Shown: positions 37,309 to 47,185, numbered from the stretch's first letter. The stretch: 64,000 nt of DNA from Candidatus Nanohaloarchaea archaeon (GCA_047617745.1 JBLGBN010000001.1:1-64000), one strand, 5' to 3'. Numbers and translations: made by a program. Notes: generated from the letters alone by a model not told the origin.

Positions 37309-38904
37309 CTAAAGCTGCTCAGGGTTGTAGTCTTCCTGAACCATTTTCTGTATCTGATTTTCAATCTCCTCAGGGTCGCCTTCACCGGCCAGTTCTGCAA
37401 TCGCCGGACCCATTTCCTTGGCGTAGGATGTAAGCTGTCTTCTCTTCTTCTCCTGGATCTCTTTTCTCTCCTTTCTGCCGATGTACCGTCCAAGCTTTCT
37501 TCCTGCTTCCTGAAGCGCAAGCTTCATCTCCTTTCTGATAGGGTCGTAGTTTGCGATAGCTTCCTTACCTTCAGATGTGAAAGGCACCCAGACAGATGCA
37601 ATATGTACAAGGATGTAAAGCTCTCCCTGAGGCCGGTTTCCAGTCTGTGAGATGTTGTAACGGTTCCAGGAAACTTCCTCAATCGCCTTCGTGGTTACAC
37701 ACGCAGACTTCTTGTACAGAAGCGGCACCTTGTTGGCGTACCTTAATTCCTCATAGCTTCCTTCCTCTTCAATGTCGCCTCCCCATGCAAGTCCTACCTC
37801 AACCTGGAACGGATTTCCTTTGTAAACTGTCGGTTTTCTGGTAATCGCAGTTGAGAACTCTGGATTGAGCTCTTTCTTCAACCCTTTCAGAACCAGATCC
37901 TCTCCAATAGGGGAAAGACAGTCAGTTGGAGGGCTCTGAAGCTTTACCCTCTGTGCTGCGTTAAGCAATTGTTCTATCTCATCCTTCTCCAGAGTGTTCG
38001 GTCTTCTACCATCATCTAGATCTGCCTCATCACAGATTTCCTCTGCAGATGTTCTTCCTACTCTTGTAAACTCATTCTGTAGGAAGCTGGAGATCGTTCT
38101 TGAATCTGTGTTATCGATCATCCTCATCATCACACCGAGTTCCACTCCGTGTGGGTGAGGCTTGATCTCCTTAGGCTTTGGAGGCAGCTCCTTCGAAACT
38201 CTTGGGTATTCGATTTTGTTGCCGTCAGGCTCTCTGAGAACAACCCGGGCATACGGGTTCATGATAGCTGTGTGTTTCAAATAGTTCCTTACAGAGTGAT
38301 GGCCTTTCGTGTATTTAGCTTCGATATTCATTTCGATGGTTGTTCCATGATCGAAGTAGTAATCCTTGTCTCCAGGGAACTCGTCTGAATCTGCGGAGAT
38401 TACCTCATCTTCTATGATTTCTGGTTCGTTCTCCTCTGTATCGATCCGGACAACAAATTTGTGACATGGCTCTCCTTCCTGTTTTGAGTATACTGTTACA
38501 GGTTCCCCTGCTGTCAGTTGAGCGTACATAGCGGCTGCAGAAATTCCGATTCCCTGCTGCCCTCTGCTCTGCTGTAGCTTGTGGAACTTGGATCCGTACA
38601 GGAGTTTACCGAACACTTTCGGGATTGTCTCCCGGTCTAGCCCTATAGCGTTGTCTCTTATCTCTACACGGCACTTTTCGTCTCCTATTTCATCCACAAG
38701 TACGTGGATTTCCGGTAGAATTCCGTCTGCTTCACATGCATCCAGCGAGTTATCGACTGCTTCCTTTACTACTGTTATAATTGATTTCTGAGGGTTTTCA
38801 AAGCCTAGCAGGTGTTTGTTCTTCTCGAAGAACTCTGCCACCGAAATTTCCCGGTGGTCCTCACCTGTTTCTTCCATTGGTTGTTCATCCATTCCGTTTG
38901 CCAT
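37309..38904 (-). CDS. top6B: DNA topoisomerase VI subunit B
   Basis: SVAEFFEKN, KEAVDNSLDA, QSRGQQGIGIS, RYANKVPL. Confidence 0.97.
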   Translation of the reverse strand: MANGMDEQPMEETGEDHREISVAEFFEKNKHLLGFENPQKSIITVVKEAVDNSLDACEADGILPEIHVLVDEIGDEKCRVEIRDNAIGLDRETIPKVFGKLLYGSKFHKLQQSRGQQGIGISAAAMYAQLTAGEPVTVYSKQEGEPCHKFVVRIDTEENEPEIIEDEVISADSDEFPGDKDYYFDHGTTIEMNIEAKYTKGHHSVRNYLKHTAIMNPYARVVLREPDGNKIEYPRVSKELPPKPKEIKPHPHGVELGVMMRMIDNTDSRTISSFLQNEFTRVGRTSAEEICDEADLDDGRRPNTLEKDEIEQLLNAAQRVKLQSPPTDCLSPIGEDLVLKGLKKELNPEFSTAITRKPTVYKGNPFQVEVGLAWGGDIEEEGSYEELRYANKVPLLYKKSACVTTKAIEEVSWNRYNISQTGNRPQGELYILVHIASVWVPFTSEGKEAIANYDPIRKEMKLALQEAGRKLGRYIGRKERKEIQEKKRRQLTSYAKEMGPAIAELAGEGDPEEIENQIQKMVQEDYNPEQL

Positions 38905-38947
38905 CTATTACACCATTAAATACGTTTGATACTTAATATAGTTTAAA

Positions 38948-39451
38948 TTATCTCTGTATTTTGTCCTGATTCTTCTCCAGATAGTTATACGCCGATGAGT
39001 GGGATCTACCGTTCAGGAGCTGTTTTATGACCTCTGCAACTACTTCGATATTCTGGGCGAGTCCTATTATCCCGATCGTTTTCCCGTATATAGATATATC
39101 CACATTTCCTTCTTTTTCAAGATGTCTTCTAGTCTCTCCATCCCGCCCTATTACACGGCCTTTAAGGCGGTCACGAGAGTTTTCTGTGGAGGCAAAATTA
39201 TTTATGTCAATTATATGGAGCATCTTGTCTATCTCGGCTATTTTCATAGCTTTTTCAGGGTTGAAACCTCTTCCAACAGCTTTAACTATATTTGCGCCAT
39301 CCATTTCATCTATAGGATCTCCTTCTACAGATACAAGGTTGTCTTGAACTTCCAGATCGCAATCTATGAGCTCCTCGACCCTTTCCTTGGTTTCTCCGCC
39401 TTCTCCAATAAGTACAGCTACTCTGTCTTCAGGTATTCTTACTTCTCTCAT
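38948..39451 (-). CDS. KH-domain rRNA-processing protein (Dim2/Pno1)
   Basis: LIGEGGETK, AVGRGF.PE, GRVIGRDGETR. Confidence 0.92.
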   Translation of the reverse strand: MREVRIPEDRVAVLIGEGGETKERVEELIDCDLEVQDNLVSVEGDPIDEMDGANIVKAVGRGFNPEKAMKIAEIDKMLHIIDINNFASTENSRDRLKGRVIGRDGETRRHLEKEGNVDISIYGKTIGIIGLAQNIEVVAEVIKQLLNGRSHSSAYNYLEKNQDKIQR

Positions 39452-39519
39452 TCTTCTAGTGGATAATATAACTTCAACTGCCAACCTTTTTATACCTTAA
39501 AACTAGATTTCAGGGCTTC

Positions 39520-40281
39520 TCAGCCCGAAATAATGGCTTTAAACTGTTTCTCCGGATGAGTGTCAGCACCATGGCTCTCGAAGAAATTTGCAATATTTTT
39601 CACATCCCGCTTTAACAGCTCTGCAGCTTCTGGATGATCTCTGTGGACTCCCTGGGAGAAATCTATCCACACCTTTCTGCCTTCACCGTCGACAACTATA
39701 TTGTATTCCGACAGATCGCCGTGTACTAGATTACCTTCGTTCCAGAGCCTTTCTATTGCGTTCAAAGTATCCTCATAGGCTTCCTGCGGGTTTTCAGGCT
39801 CTACTTCCTTTAACTTTCTGTAAGGCGAGAAATCCTCCCCTATAAACTCCATAACAAGTATATTTTCATGCACATCGATCGGTTCAGGGCATTTAACGTA
39901 CTCTTCCGCTATTTTGAGGTTCCGGAACTCCTTTTTGCACCACTGCTGGATGATCGATCTCCGATCATCCTTAACGTTTCTGAACCTTTTGTCGCCTCTA
40001 AGGTAGTTCTTCATTTCCCTGAAGCTTCCTGCCCTGTTCATGTAAATCTTCAGGATGACTCTCTCGCCTTCAGGTGTGTCAGCCAGAAAGATTACAGATT
40101 CTTTTCCTGCCTCTATAACGCCGTAAATCTTTTCGACTACTTTTCTCTCATTCAGCTTCATCAGCGCCCGGGACGTTTCATGGTCGAAAACGTTCTGGAA
40201 GGCCTTCCTCGCTTCTGAACTGTCAAACATCCGGCGGGATTCTTCCTTCCATCTCTCCCGCCAGTCACGGTTTTCTTTCAT
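39520..40281 (-). CDS. rio1: RIO1 serine/threonine kinase
   Basis: GKES, W..KEFRNL, VHGDLSEYNI, IDFSQ. Confidence 0.93.
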   Translation of the reverse strand: MKENRDWRERWKEESRRMFDSSEARKAFQNVFDHETSRALMKLNERKVVEKIYGVIEAGKESVIFLADTPEGERVILKIYMNRAGSFREMKNYLRGDKRFRNVKDDRRSIIQQWCKKEFRNLKIAEEYVKCPEPIDVHENILVMEFIGEDFSPYRKLKEVEPENPQEAYEDTLNAIERLWNEGNLVHGDLSEYNIVVDGEGRKVWIDFSQGVHRDHPEAAELLKRDVKNIANFFESHGADTHPEKQFKAIISG

Positions 40282-40627
40282 TCCAATTCTGCACCCCTTT
40301 ACTGTGAAACTCCTCTTCAAGAACTCTATAGTAAAGGAAAGGTATAGTCACCAGAAATGCAGCCGCCACAGGTATTAGATGGAATTTCAGGGTTAATGGA
40401 GGCTCCAGTGTGTAAACCCATGCATCCAGTATAGATTCACATGATTTTTCGTAATAATCTGCGTTTCTGGGCAGGTTTTCAGTTGAGAAGTTTTGGGAGG
40501 AAATATTATCACATATATCTGTCTGGAAATGTATTGAATACTGTCCTGGTAGAAACATCAGAAGATTAACTAGCAGAAAAACCCCGAAAAAAAGCGTTAA
40601 CTGTTCAGCTGCGATTTTAAGGTTCAT
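40265..40627 (-). CDS. hypothetical membrane protein
   Basis: two TM segments with a Cys-bracketed loop. Confidence 0.6.
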   Translation of the reverse strand: MNLKIAAEQLTLFFGVFLLVNLLMFLPGQYSIHFQTDICDNISSQNFSTENLPRNADYYEKSCESILDAWVYTLEPPLTLKFHLIPVAAAFLVTIPFLYYRVLEEEFHSKGVQNWNERKP

Positions 40628-40633
40628 CTTCCT

Positions 40634-40945
40634 CTAGAGGAACTCTGATATCTCACCGAGATATCCATGGTCTTCAAGCCACTCGGTTTCAGCCTGAGAG
40701 TAGCTCTGGACAATATCTCCTTTCTCGTCTCCCTGAATATCCCAGGGACTTACGAGGACTACTGAGTCTCTCTTTACCCATATACCTCTTTTCTTAGAGC
40801 CAGGTATTCGGCAGATTCTCTCCCTATCATCTGTACAGTAAACCCTGTATTTTCCTCCACCTTCTTTTCTGAGTACGATTCCCAGTACTTCATCTCCTTC
40901 AGGTTCACGTACACGTCCTACTCCTTGATCTTCTTCGTCGCTCAT
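40634..40945 (-). CDS. eif1a: translation initiation factor aIF-1A
   Basis: RICRIPGS...IWV...V.V.PWDIQ..KGDI. Confidence 0.93.
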   Translation of the reverse strand: MSDEEDQGVGRVREPEGDEVLGIVLRKEGGGKYRVYCTDDRERICRIPGSKKRGIWVKRDSVVLVSPWDIQGDEKGDIVQSYSQAETEWLEDHGYLGEISEFL

Positions 40946-41064
40946 AATTAATATTTCACAGCCCAGTTTTTTAAAGAGAAAACAGCGCTTGCCTTTTAAC
41001 ACGAATTTTTCCCGAGAGGAAACACATTATTCAATCTTCATACCATAAGAAACAGCTAGAGATA

Positions 41065-42240
41065 CTAACAGGCCTGCCCCCAGTTAGGCTGCATGGCAGA
41101 ATCTCCTTCGAAACCAGAATCTGCGTCAAAGCCTTCCGGCTTACTACCGATCTGCTCTACACACCACATACTAATATCTTGATCAAAACTAGAAGCGTCC
41201 TGGAACATGTAACCCATACTGGTGACCTCCGAAGTATCCCAACTACCAACATCCCGTTTAAAACTGGAAGCGCCAGCGAACATTTCGTACATAAAAGTGA
41301 CGCTACTAGTATCCCAAGAACCAATATCCTGATTAAAACTAGAAGCGCCAGCGAACATGCTACTCATATCAGTGACGTTACCGGTATCCCAACTACCAAT
41401 ATCCCGGTTAAAATCACCAGCCTCATGGAACATGAAGCTCATATCGGTGACGCTACTCGTATCCCACGATCCAATACTTCTATTGAAACTAGAAGCACCA
41501 CCATTGAACATGGAACTCATATCGGTGACGTTGGACGTATCCCAAGAACCGATACTAGAGATGTTACCGTAACTTGAATTAACAAAAGGATCTTGATAGG
41601 CGCCGGTCATGTCGGTGACGTGGGTAGTACATATTCTGTCACCGTTACTGATCAAGGAATCAACATTTGAATCATCAGCCGCAGTATATGTTTTCCCATC
41701 AACCGTACCAGTCTCACCCGGAGAAGCATCACCGCATTCCACCGTACCGCCATCAGTCTGGTAGAAAGCTCCGGTAACAGTATTACCGCCATCACCATCA
41801 TCGTTGTTATTTGAGTCACCGGTGATACTATCAGTCTCCGCCGAAACCGGTAAACTCCGTGAAGAAACCTCGATACGATTCGGCTCCGATGAAGTATTCA
41901 ACTCAACAGTCGCAATCTCCGCCTCCGAAAGCCTCTCATCAACCTGCCGCTGAACCGGATTATCACCATAAACAGTAACAGTAAAATTAGACAACTCCTC
42001 ACCACCAGAATTCCGGAAAGTAACACTTAGATTACCCGACCCAGAATCATAACTAGCCCGAGAAACCTCCAATTCTGCCCGAGAAGCATCTAAAACACTC
42101 TCAGAGCTATCGGTAACACCCTCCTGTGTTGACTGCATCAAGCTGGGAACCCATTGGCTGAACATGCCTGCAACAGCCATAGTGAACGCAATCAAGAGAA
42201 CCGCGGCAATTAGAGGTGAAATACCTTTATGATACTCCAC
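41065..42240 (-). CDS. type IV pilin fused to DUF285/BspA-like 25-aa repeats
   Basis: [22 protein letters not shown]-terminal IGSWDTSxVTDMxxMFxxAxxFN repeats. Confidence 0.88.
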   Translation of the reverse strand: MEYHKGISPLIAAVLLIAFTMAVAGMFSQWVPSLMQSTQEGVTDSSESVLDASRAELEVSRASYDSGSGNLSVTFRNSGGEELSNFTVTVYGDNPVQRQVDERLSEAEIATVELNTSSEPNRIEVSSRSLPVSAETDSITGDSNNNDDGDGGNTVTGAFYQTDGGTVECGDASPGETGTVDGKTYTAADDSNVDSLISNGDRICTTHVTDMTGAYQDPFVNSSYGNISSIGSWDTSNVTDMSSMFNGGASSFNRSIGSWDTSSVTDMSFMFHEAGDFNRDIGSWDTGNVTDMSSMFAGASSFNQDIGSWDTSSVTFMYEMFAGASSFKRDVGSWDTSEVTSMGYMFQDASSFDQDISMWCVEQIGSKPEGFDADSGFEGDSAMQPNWGQAC

Positions 42241-42288
42241 ACCACAAAGTAAAGCCAGCTTATTGAAAAAAGTAGGGAAAAACCTCTC

Positions 42289-42966
42289 CTAGAGCCGGAC
42301 CGAGATCACATTCCTGTAGACCTTCTGACCATCTTCTTCAGTTATCAGCTCGTAGGAACGCTTCACGTCAGGATCGTGCTGTGCTTTCAGCATTGAAAGT
42401 ATTTCTCCTGCGATTTTCTCTGTCGACAGATAGAAATCAAACCCATGACTGTTTTTCTCGATATTGGAGAGGAAGCTTCCACGATCCTCATTTGTGACTT
42501 CTGCAGCTTTATCAGCCATCTTGTTCGATACTCTTTCCAGGTCCTCGTCACCTCTTAACTGCATTTTAACTTTGTAGAATCCTCCGTGGAACTGGGAACA
42601 GGTACCGCATTGGTGTTTCTTGATCCTCAGCTCTGTATCGTATTCGTCTTTTATCTCCCCCTTGAAGGCGTGGACTCTTACAAACATCTGATCATCCTCT
42701 TCCCAGTACTGGAGCTCCATTTCCACATCTTCCTCCGAGAAATCCTGGAAGCGGGCGCCTAACTGCTCTTCAAGAGTGTATTCTTCAATCCATTCTCCGC
42801 TTTTTCTCATCCTTCCGCAGGTTGAGCAGATATCGATCTCGACTACATCTGGTATATTGAGTAGCTGGTTCTTGTCCGGGTAGCAGTTAGCACAGAGTTT
42901 CTTCTCCTCGCCGTAAAGCTCATCTGTTTCTTCGCCACATCGTGGGCAGAATTTTGAAAGTTCCAT
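42289..42966 (-). CDS. nmd3: NMD3 family ribosome-biogenesis protein
   Basis: FCPRCG, LCANC, CSTCG, CGTCS zinc motifs; QLRG; YRNVISVR. Confidence 0.9.
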   Translation of the reverse strand: MELSKFCPRCGEETDELYGEEKKLCANCYPDKNQLLNIPDVVEIDICSTCGRMRKSGEWIEEYTLEEQLGARFQDFSEEDVEMELQYWEEDDQMFVRVHAFKGEIKDEYDTELRIKKHQCGTCSQFHGGFYKVKMQLRGDEDLERVSNKMADKAAEVTNEDRGSFLSNIEKNSHGFDFYLSTEKIAGEILSMLKAQHDPDVKRSYELITEEDGQKVYRNVISVRL

Positions 42967-42989
42967 ACCTTTATTTCATGTGGAAAAAC

Positions 42990-43355
42990 TTATATTGTAA
43001 ACTCAAGTTTATCGCCTTCTTCAACATCCAGTTTTTCGAAACTCTCCAGTAAATAAGAGTACTTGCAGTCGGGAGAGTAGAGTTTCCAGGTTTTAGGGTT
43101 CCAGCTCCATGGCGCTGCTTTCTGGATATCTACAACCTTTTTCTCCGAATTCATGAAATACAGATGAAGAGGATCTGAGAGAAACATCATATCTATTTTC
43201 GCTCCAGTAGGTCGTGGAAAAGCAAAGAGCATTTTGCCAGATGTGCGAAAACTGAGACCTCTAGCTCTCGAAAGAAAACTGTCCGCCAGTTCCGCCTGAA
43301 CCAGCGTCTTCCCTGCCTTAATATCGATTTCTTCCACATCTAAACTTGGAAACAC
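42990..43355 (-). CDS. DUF192 family protein
   Basis: ELADSFLSRARGL.FR...MLF.F....IDM.F. Confidence 0.85.
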   Translation of the reverse strand: MFPSLDVEEIDIKAGKTLVQAELADSFLSRARGLSFRTSGKMLFAFPRPTGAKIDMMFLSDPLHLYFMNSEKKVVDIQKAAPWSWNPKTWKLYSPDCKYSYLLESFEKLDVEEGDKLEFTI

Positions 43356-43406
43356 AGCTAAATAAATCCCGTTAACCGCAGAAATTAAAACAGAGCAGAC
43401 ACATTT

Positions 43407-44399
43407 ATGTTCATGGAAGTTGCCTGGTTCAACGCAGAGGAACGTGAAAGAGAATATATAGACGGCAGAGAAACCAGGCTGAAAATAGATTTCTTCAAAG
43501 AACCTCTTAAAGCGGAAAATGTGGATAAAGCAAACAATTACGACGCAGTTTCTATATTCCTATCCTCAGAAATTAATGAGGAGGTACTGAAAAAACTGGA
43601 TGTAAACCAGATTGCATGCCGTTCTACCGGGGTCGATCATGTAGACACCGAGAAAGCCGCTGAAGAGGGCATAATTGTCTCAAATGTTCCAGAATACGGA
43701 GGTACAACCGTGGCGGAACACACCTTCGGACTGATTCTTTCACTCACCAGAAAAATCTACAGATCTATAGAAAAAGTTGAGGAAGGAGAGTTCGATCATT
43801 CAGGGCTGAGAGGGAACGACCTGAAAGGCAAGAAGCTGGGTGTTATAGGTACGGGCACCATTGGAAAAAATGTTATCCGGATCGCTAACGGTTTCGATAT
43901 GCACGTTGTCGCCTACGATCCCAGCCCTGACCGAGAGGCCGAATACGAGATGGGTTACATGTATGTCGAGCTAGAGGATCTTCTAGAACAGGCGGATATA
44001 GTCACGCTTCACTGCCCGCTGGTCGAGCAGACAAGACACCTTCTTTCAAGAGACGAGTTTGAACTGATGGAGGAGACTGTCCTGATTAACACTGCCAGAG
44101 GTGAACTAATCGATACCGAAGCGCTCATACCGGCCCTGGAAAACGGTTCGGTCAAATCAGCGGGTCTGGATGTGCTCGAAGAGGAATGCTACATAGAAGA
44201 CGATATCGAGATGCTTGAAGATCTGGAAGAAGAGTGCGATCCCCAGATCATACTTGAAGATCATATTCTCATGAACCGAGACGATGTTATAGTAACCCCG
44301 CATAATGCGTTTAACTCTGAGGAAGCTCTGGACCGGATTATTGAAACTACAGTTGACAATCTTGAGAAGAAGTCGAACGTCGTTAACAAGCCCTGGTAG
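43407..44399 (+). CDS. D-isomer-specific 2-hydroxyacid (D-lactate-like) dehydrogenase
   Basis: RSTGVDH, NVPEY, GVIGTGTIG, INTARG, TPHNAF. Confidence 0.93.
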   Translation: MFMEVAWFNAEEREREYIDGRETRLKIDFFKEPLKAENVDKANNYDAVSIFLSSEINEEVLKKLDVNQIACRSTGVDHVDTEKAAEEGIIVSNVPEYGGTTVAEHTFGLILSLTRKIYRSIEKVEEGEFDHSGLRGNDLKGKKLGVIGTGTIGKNVIRIANGFDMHVVAYDPSPDREAEYEMGYMYVELEDLLEQADIVTLHCPLVEQTRHLLSRDEFELMEETVLINTARGELIDTEALIPALENGSVKSAGLDVLEEECYIEDDIEMLEDLEEECDPQIILEDHILMNRDDVIVTPHNAFNSEEALDRIIETTVDNLEKKSNVVNKPW

Positions 44400-44401
44400 A
44401 T

Positions 44402-44881
44402 TTACTCTTCATCCGGGTGCTTGAAAAACTCCGCTGCCTTCGCTAATCGTGGCGTTCTAGCCATCCCTCTGGTTAAAGATGTTATCCTGGCCGATCTGCT
44501 CAATTCAGTTCCGCCACTCAATGCGACAAGTCTTTCAGACCTGGTAAAGAGGTGTAGCACTTCCTGTCCCAGTTCCCCGGTTCTCAGGAAGGCGAGGAAC
44601 TCGAAAACCCGGACAACCATGAAGACCGGGAATATAGCTATGATCTCAAGCCAGTAATCCTTCAGAAAGCCTTCCCAGGTAGTTGCGCGTCTGAACTTGA
44701 ACGAAAGATCAAATACAAAGACCAGTATAGCCGCATAATCCGCTACTAAAATGTATTTATGGTAGTGATGAGCGAAATCCGGGAAGAAAAGTTCAAGCAC
44801 AACTACCGCCACTATGACGACAAGAGCCGGGCCCACCAGCCTGTCACTCCATCTCTCAACCCCTTCAAGAAAACGGTTCAT
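44402..44881 (-). CDS. membrane protein resembling an ion-channel voltage-sensor domain, no pore
   Basis: D...(L/V)FVFDL..KF, F....WLEIIAIFP, then periodic Arg; start moved downstream of the tRNA. Confidence 0.65.
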   Translation of the reverse strand: MNRFLEGVERWSDRLVGPALVVIVAVVVLELFFPDFAHHYHKYILVADYAAILVFVFDLSFKFRRATTWEGFLKDYWLEIIAIFPVFMVVRVFEFLAFLRTGELGQEVLHLFTRSERLVALSGGTELSRSARITSLTRGMARTPRLAKAAEFFKHPDEE

Positions 44882-44917
44882 ACCAAAACAGTTCCCATCT
44901 CTAGTTTTTATTATATA

Positions 44918-45015
44918 CGCCCTCTCAGGGATTTGAACCCTGGATCTGCACCTATCTGCTGAACCTGTTGACTGGTTCTCCGCAAGGTGCCGTCTTTCCA
45001 CTAGACCAAGAGGGC
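44918..45015 (-). tRNA. tRNA-Arg(GCG) with a 26-nt intron (44954-44979)
   Basis: GCCCTCTTGGTCTAGTGGAAAGACGGCACCTTGCGG|intron|AGGTGCAGATCCAGGGTTCAAATCCCTGAGAGGGCG. Confidence 0.9.
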
Positions 45016-45095
45016 CTACTAATGAGTACTTTCAGAGTTTTAAATATCGGCAGTCTGTGCATACCTTTTATTTATTGGGCTTCCAGTTTAGTCTT

Positions 45096-45260
45096 ATGGA
45101 AGTAGAGAAATGCACTAGCTGTGGAAAGAATCTGGCAGCTGCAGAGAGTTTTGTAGAGTTTGAATGTCCTGAATGTGATGAAGATCTCGCAAGATGTGAG
45201 AGATGTAAAAAGCTTTCAAACGAATACAGCTGCCCTAACTGTGGCTTTTCAGGGCCTTAA
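45096..45260 (+). CDS. zinc-ribbon protein (DUF1610 / HVO_2753-like)
   Basis: CTSCG, FECPEC, RCERC, YSCPNCGF.GP; usual neighbour of ef1b. Confidence 0.88.
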   Translation: MEVEKCTSCGKNLAAAESFVEFECPECDEDLARCERCKKLSNEYSCPNCGFSGP

Positions 45261-45275
45261 GGAGGTGAAAAATTA

Positions 45276-45326
45276 ATGCCAGAATTCCTAGAAAAGATCA
45301 AGAGAAAGCTTAAGAACCTGTTTTAG
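45276..45326 (+). CDS. putative 16-aa amphipathic microprotein MPEFLEKIKRKLKNLF
   Basis: perfect SD GGAGGTGA at 45261-45268, 7 nt before ATG; T-rich tract downstream. Confidence 0.5.
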   Translation: MPEFLEKIKRKLKNLF

Positions 45327-45449
45327 ACATAAACTTTTTCTAACACAATTTTTCTCTCTTATTTTTCTCCATCAAAAATTTCTATCAGTTAGACCGCTTC
45401 TGCTTTTAAATATTGGTCTACCGTAGTTTGGATAAGAGGTTAGAACAAA

Positions 45450-45704
45450 ATGGGAAAGATTTCATGTGTATACAAGATCATGCCGGAAGACGACGAAACC
45501 GATCTAGAAGAGGTCAAGGAACAGCTTAGAGAGAAGATTGATGTAGAGGATATCGGTGAAGAGGAAGTTGCTTTCGGTCTTAAAGCAGTCAAAGTCTCAA
45601 CTATCACAACCGACGAAGAAGGAGGTACTGACGCTGTTGAAGAGAAGCTTGAAGGTCTTGAAGGCGTTCAGAGCATCGAGCTGGAGCACTTCGACAAGCT
45701 TTAA
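45450..45704 (+). CDS. ef1b: elongation factor 1-beta
   Basis: KIMPE, EEVAFGLKA, EEGGTD. Confidence 0.93.
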   Translation: MGKISCVYKIMPEDDETDLEEVKEQLREKIDVEDIGEEEVAFGLKAVKVSTITTDEEGGTDAVEEKLEGLEGVQSIELEHFDKL

Positions 45705-45943
45705 ACCTTAATTTTTCTTATTTTTCCAACTATCCATTCCGTTATTCTGTACTCATCGCTGTCAACTATAAGCTCCGAAAACGCGGCGAACGGGATTGTT
45801 ACAAGTACAACCAGTCCAAGCATACGTAGCGTGAAGCTTTCGCCGGTTACAAGCATAACAGCTATCATGTCCTCTGTTACCCCGAGAATTATACCGAAAA
45901 TAAGGAACTCTGTAAATCTCTCCAGTTTGTCTCTTCGCCGCAT
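45701..45943 (-). CDS. small two-TM membrane protein
   Basis: EFLIFGIILGVTEDMIAV..IPFAAFSELIVD. Confidence 0.75.
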   Translation of the reverse strand: MRRRDKLERFTEFLIFGIILGVTEDMIAVMLVTGESFTLRMLGLVVLVTIPFAAFSELIVDSDEYRITEWIVGKIRKIKV

Positions 45944-45978
45944 ACGGAATAGTTTTCAAACGGGGAGTTAAAAATCAG

Positions 45979-46116
45979 TTACTCGAACTTCATGACTCCG
46001 CCGCCACAGACTGCACATCCATGGTCCTTCTTGTGCTCGGCGCATACCTGGCTACCGCAGACTTCACAGGTCTCAGCCGCCCTCTTCTCACCGCAGTAAT
46101 CACAAGCCGTCTCCAT
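45979..46116 (-). CDS. 45-aa Cys/His zinc-finger microprotein (not in ORF track)
   Basis: METACDYCGEKRAAETCEVCGSQVCAEHKKDHGCAVCGGGVMKFE. Confidence 0.8.
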   Translation of the reverse strand: METACDYCGEKRAAETCEVCGSQVCAEHKKDHGCAVCGGGVMKFE

Positions 46117-46153
46117 ACCTTTGTTTAAAGCTCACGAGGTAAAATGTTTACTC

Positions 46154-47185
46154 ATGGGAGTTGATCTGGGCGATCTTGTTGAGAGCGAGGAAATCGATTT
46201 TGCAGATCTCAACGACAAAGAGATAGCTATAGACGCGATGAACACCCTTTACCAGTTCCTCTCAATCATAAGACAGAGAGACGGCACACCGCTGAAAGAT
46301 TCCTCAGGCAATATTACATCCCACCTTTCAGGGCTTTTCTACCGGAATATTAATTTGCTTGAGGAGAACATCAGGCCTGTATTTGTTTTTGACGGCGAAA
46401 TGCCAGATCTTAAAGAGAAGGAAAGCTCGAAGAGGAGGAAAAAACGGGAGGAAGCCAGAGAAGAATGGAAAAAACTGAAGGAAGAGGGGAAAGTCGAAGA
46501 GGCATACACCAAAGCAACACAGAGCTCCAAACTAACAGGTGATATGATTGAAGAATCGAAGAAACTACTTGAAGCAATGGGTATACCGTATATCCAGGCG
46601 CCTAGTGAGGGCGAGGCTCAGGCAGCCTTCATGACAACCGAGAAATCTCCTGGAGATATCTACGCAGTTGGCTCCCAAGACTGGGACTGTTTATTATTCG
46701 GAGCTGAAAAGATGGTCAAAAACCTGACCACACGGAAGACCCGGAAAACATCGGGTGGCGGTAGGAAAGAAATCTCAACAGAAAAGATAGAGCTGGAGGA
46801 TGCCCTCGACCAGCTAGACGTCACCCGAGAAGAACTGGTCTGGATGGGTCTGCTGATGGGTACAGACTTCAACCCTGACGGTATAAAAGGTATAGGACCT
46901 AAGACCGCTCTCAAGCTCGTTAGAGAACACGATACCCTTGAGGAAATTCTTGAAGACGAAAAAGTTGACTGGGAGTCGGAGAAAGATCCTTACCGTATAG
47001 TTGATTTCTTCATGAATCCTCCTGTAGTTGAGAAAGATTACAGCTTCGAGAGCCCGGACGAGGAAAGGATAAAGGAGATACTTGTAGACGAGCACGATTT
47101 CTCCGAGGATCGTGTTGAATCAGGGCTGGAAAAGCTGGAGAAAGCGCTGGAATCCAGGCAATCCGGGCTGGGAAGCTACATGTAG
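46154..47185 (+). CDS. fen: flap endonuclease 1
   Basis: AIDAMNTLYQFL, TSHLSGLFYR, APSEGEAQ, GTDFN, GIGPKTA, C-terminal PIP-like QSGL. Confidence 0.97.
   Translation: MGVDLGDLVESEEIDFADLNDKEIAIDAMNTLYQFLSIIRQRDGTPLKDSSGNITSHLSGLFYRNINLLEENIRPVFVFDGEMPDLKEKESSKRRKKREEAREEWKKLKEEGKVEEAYTKATQSSKLTGDMIEESKKLLEAMGIPYIQAPSEGEAQAAFMTTEKSPGDIYAVGSQDWDCLLFGAEKMVKNLTTRKTRKTSGGGRKEISTEKIELEDALDQLDVTREELVWMGLLMGTDFNPDGIKGIGPKTALKLVREHDTLEEILEDEKVDWESEKDPYRIVDFFMNPPVVEKDYSFESPDEERIKEILVDEHDFSEDRVESGLEKLEKALESRQSGLGSYM

Noticed and set aside
41150..41620. 75-nt periodic DNA repeats as a possible CRISPR array
   Set aside because: In-frame degenerate coding repeats (DUF285-like); no unique spacers or cas genes
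44882..45001. N-terminal extension of the 199-aa ORF
   Set aside because: Overlaps tRNA-Arg(GCG); ATG 44881 preferred
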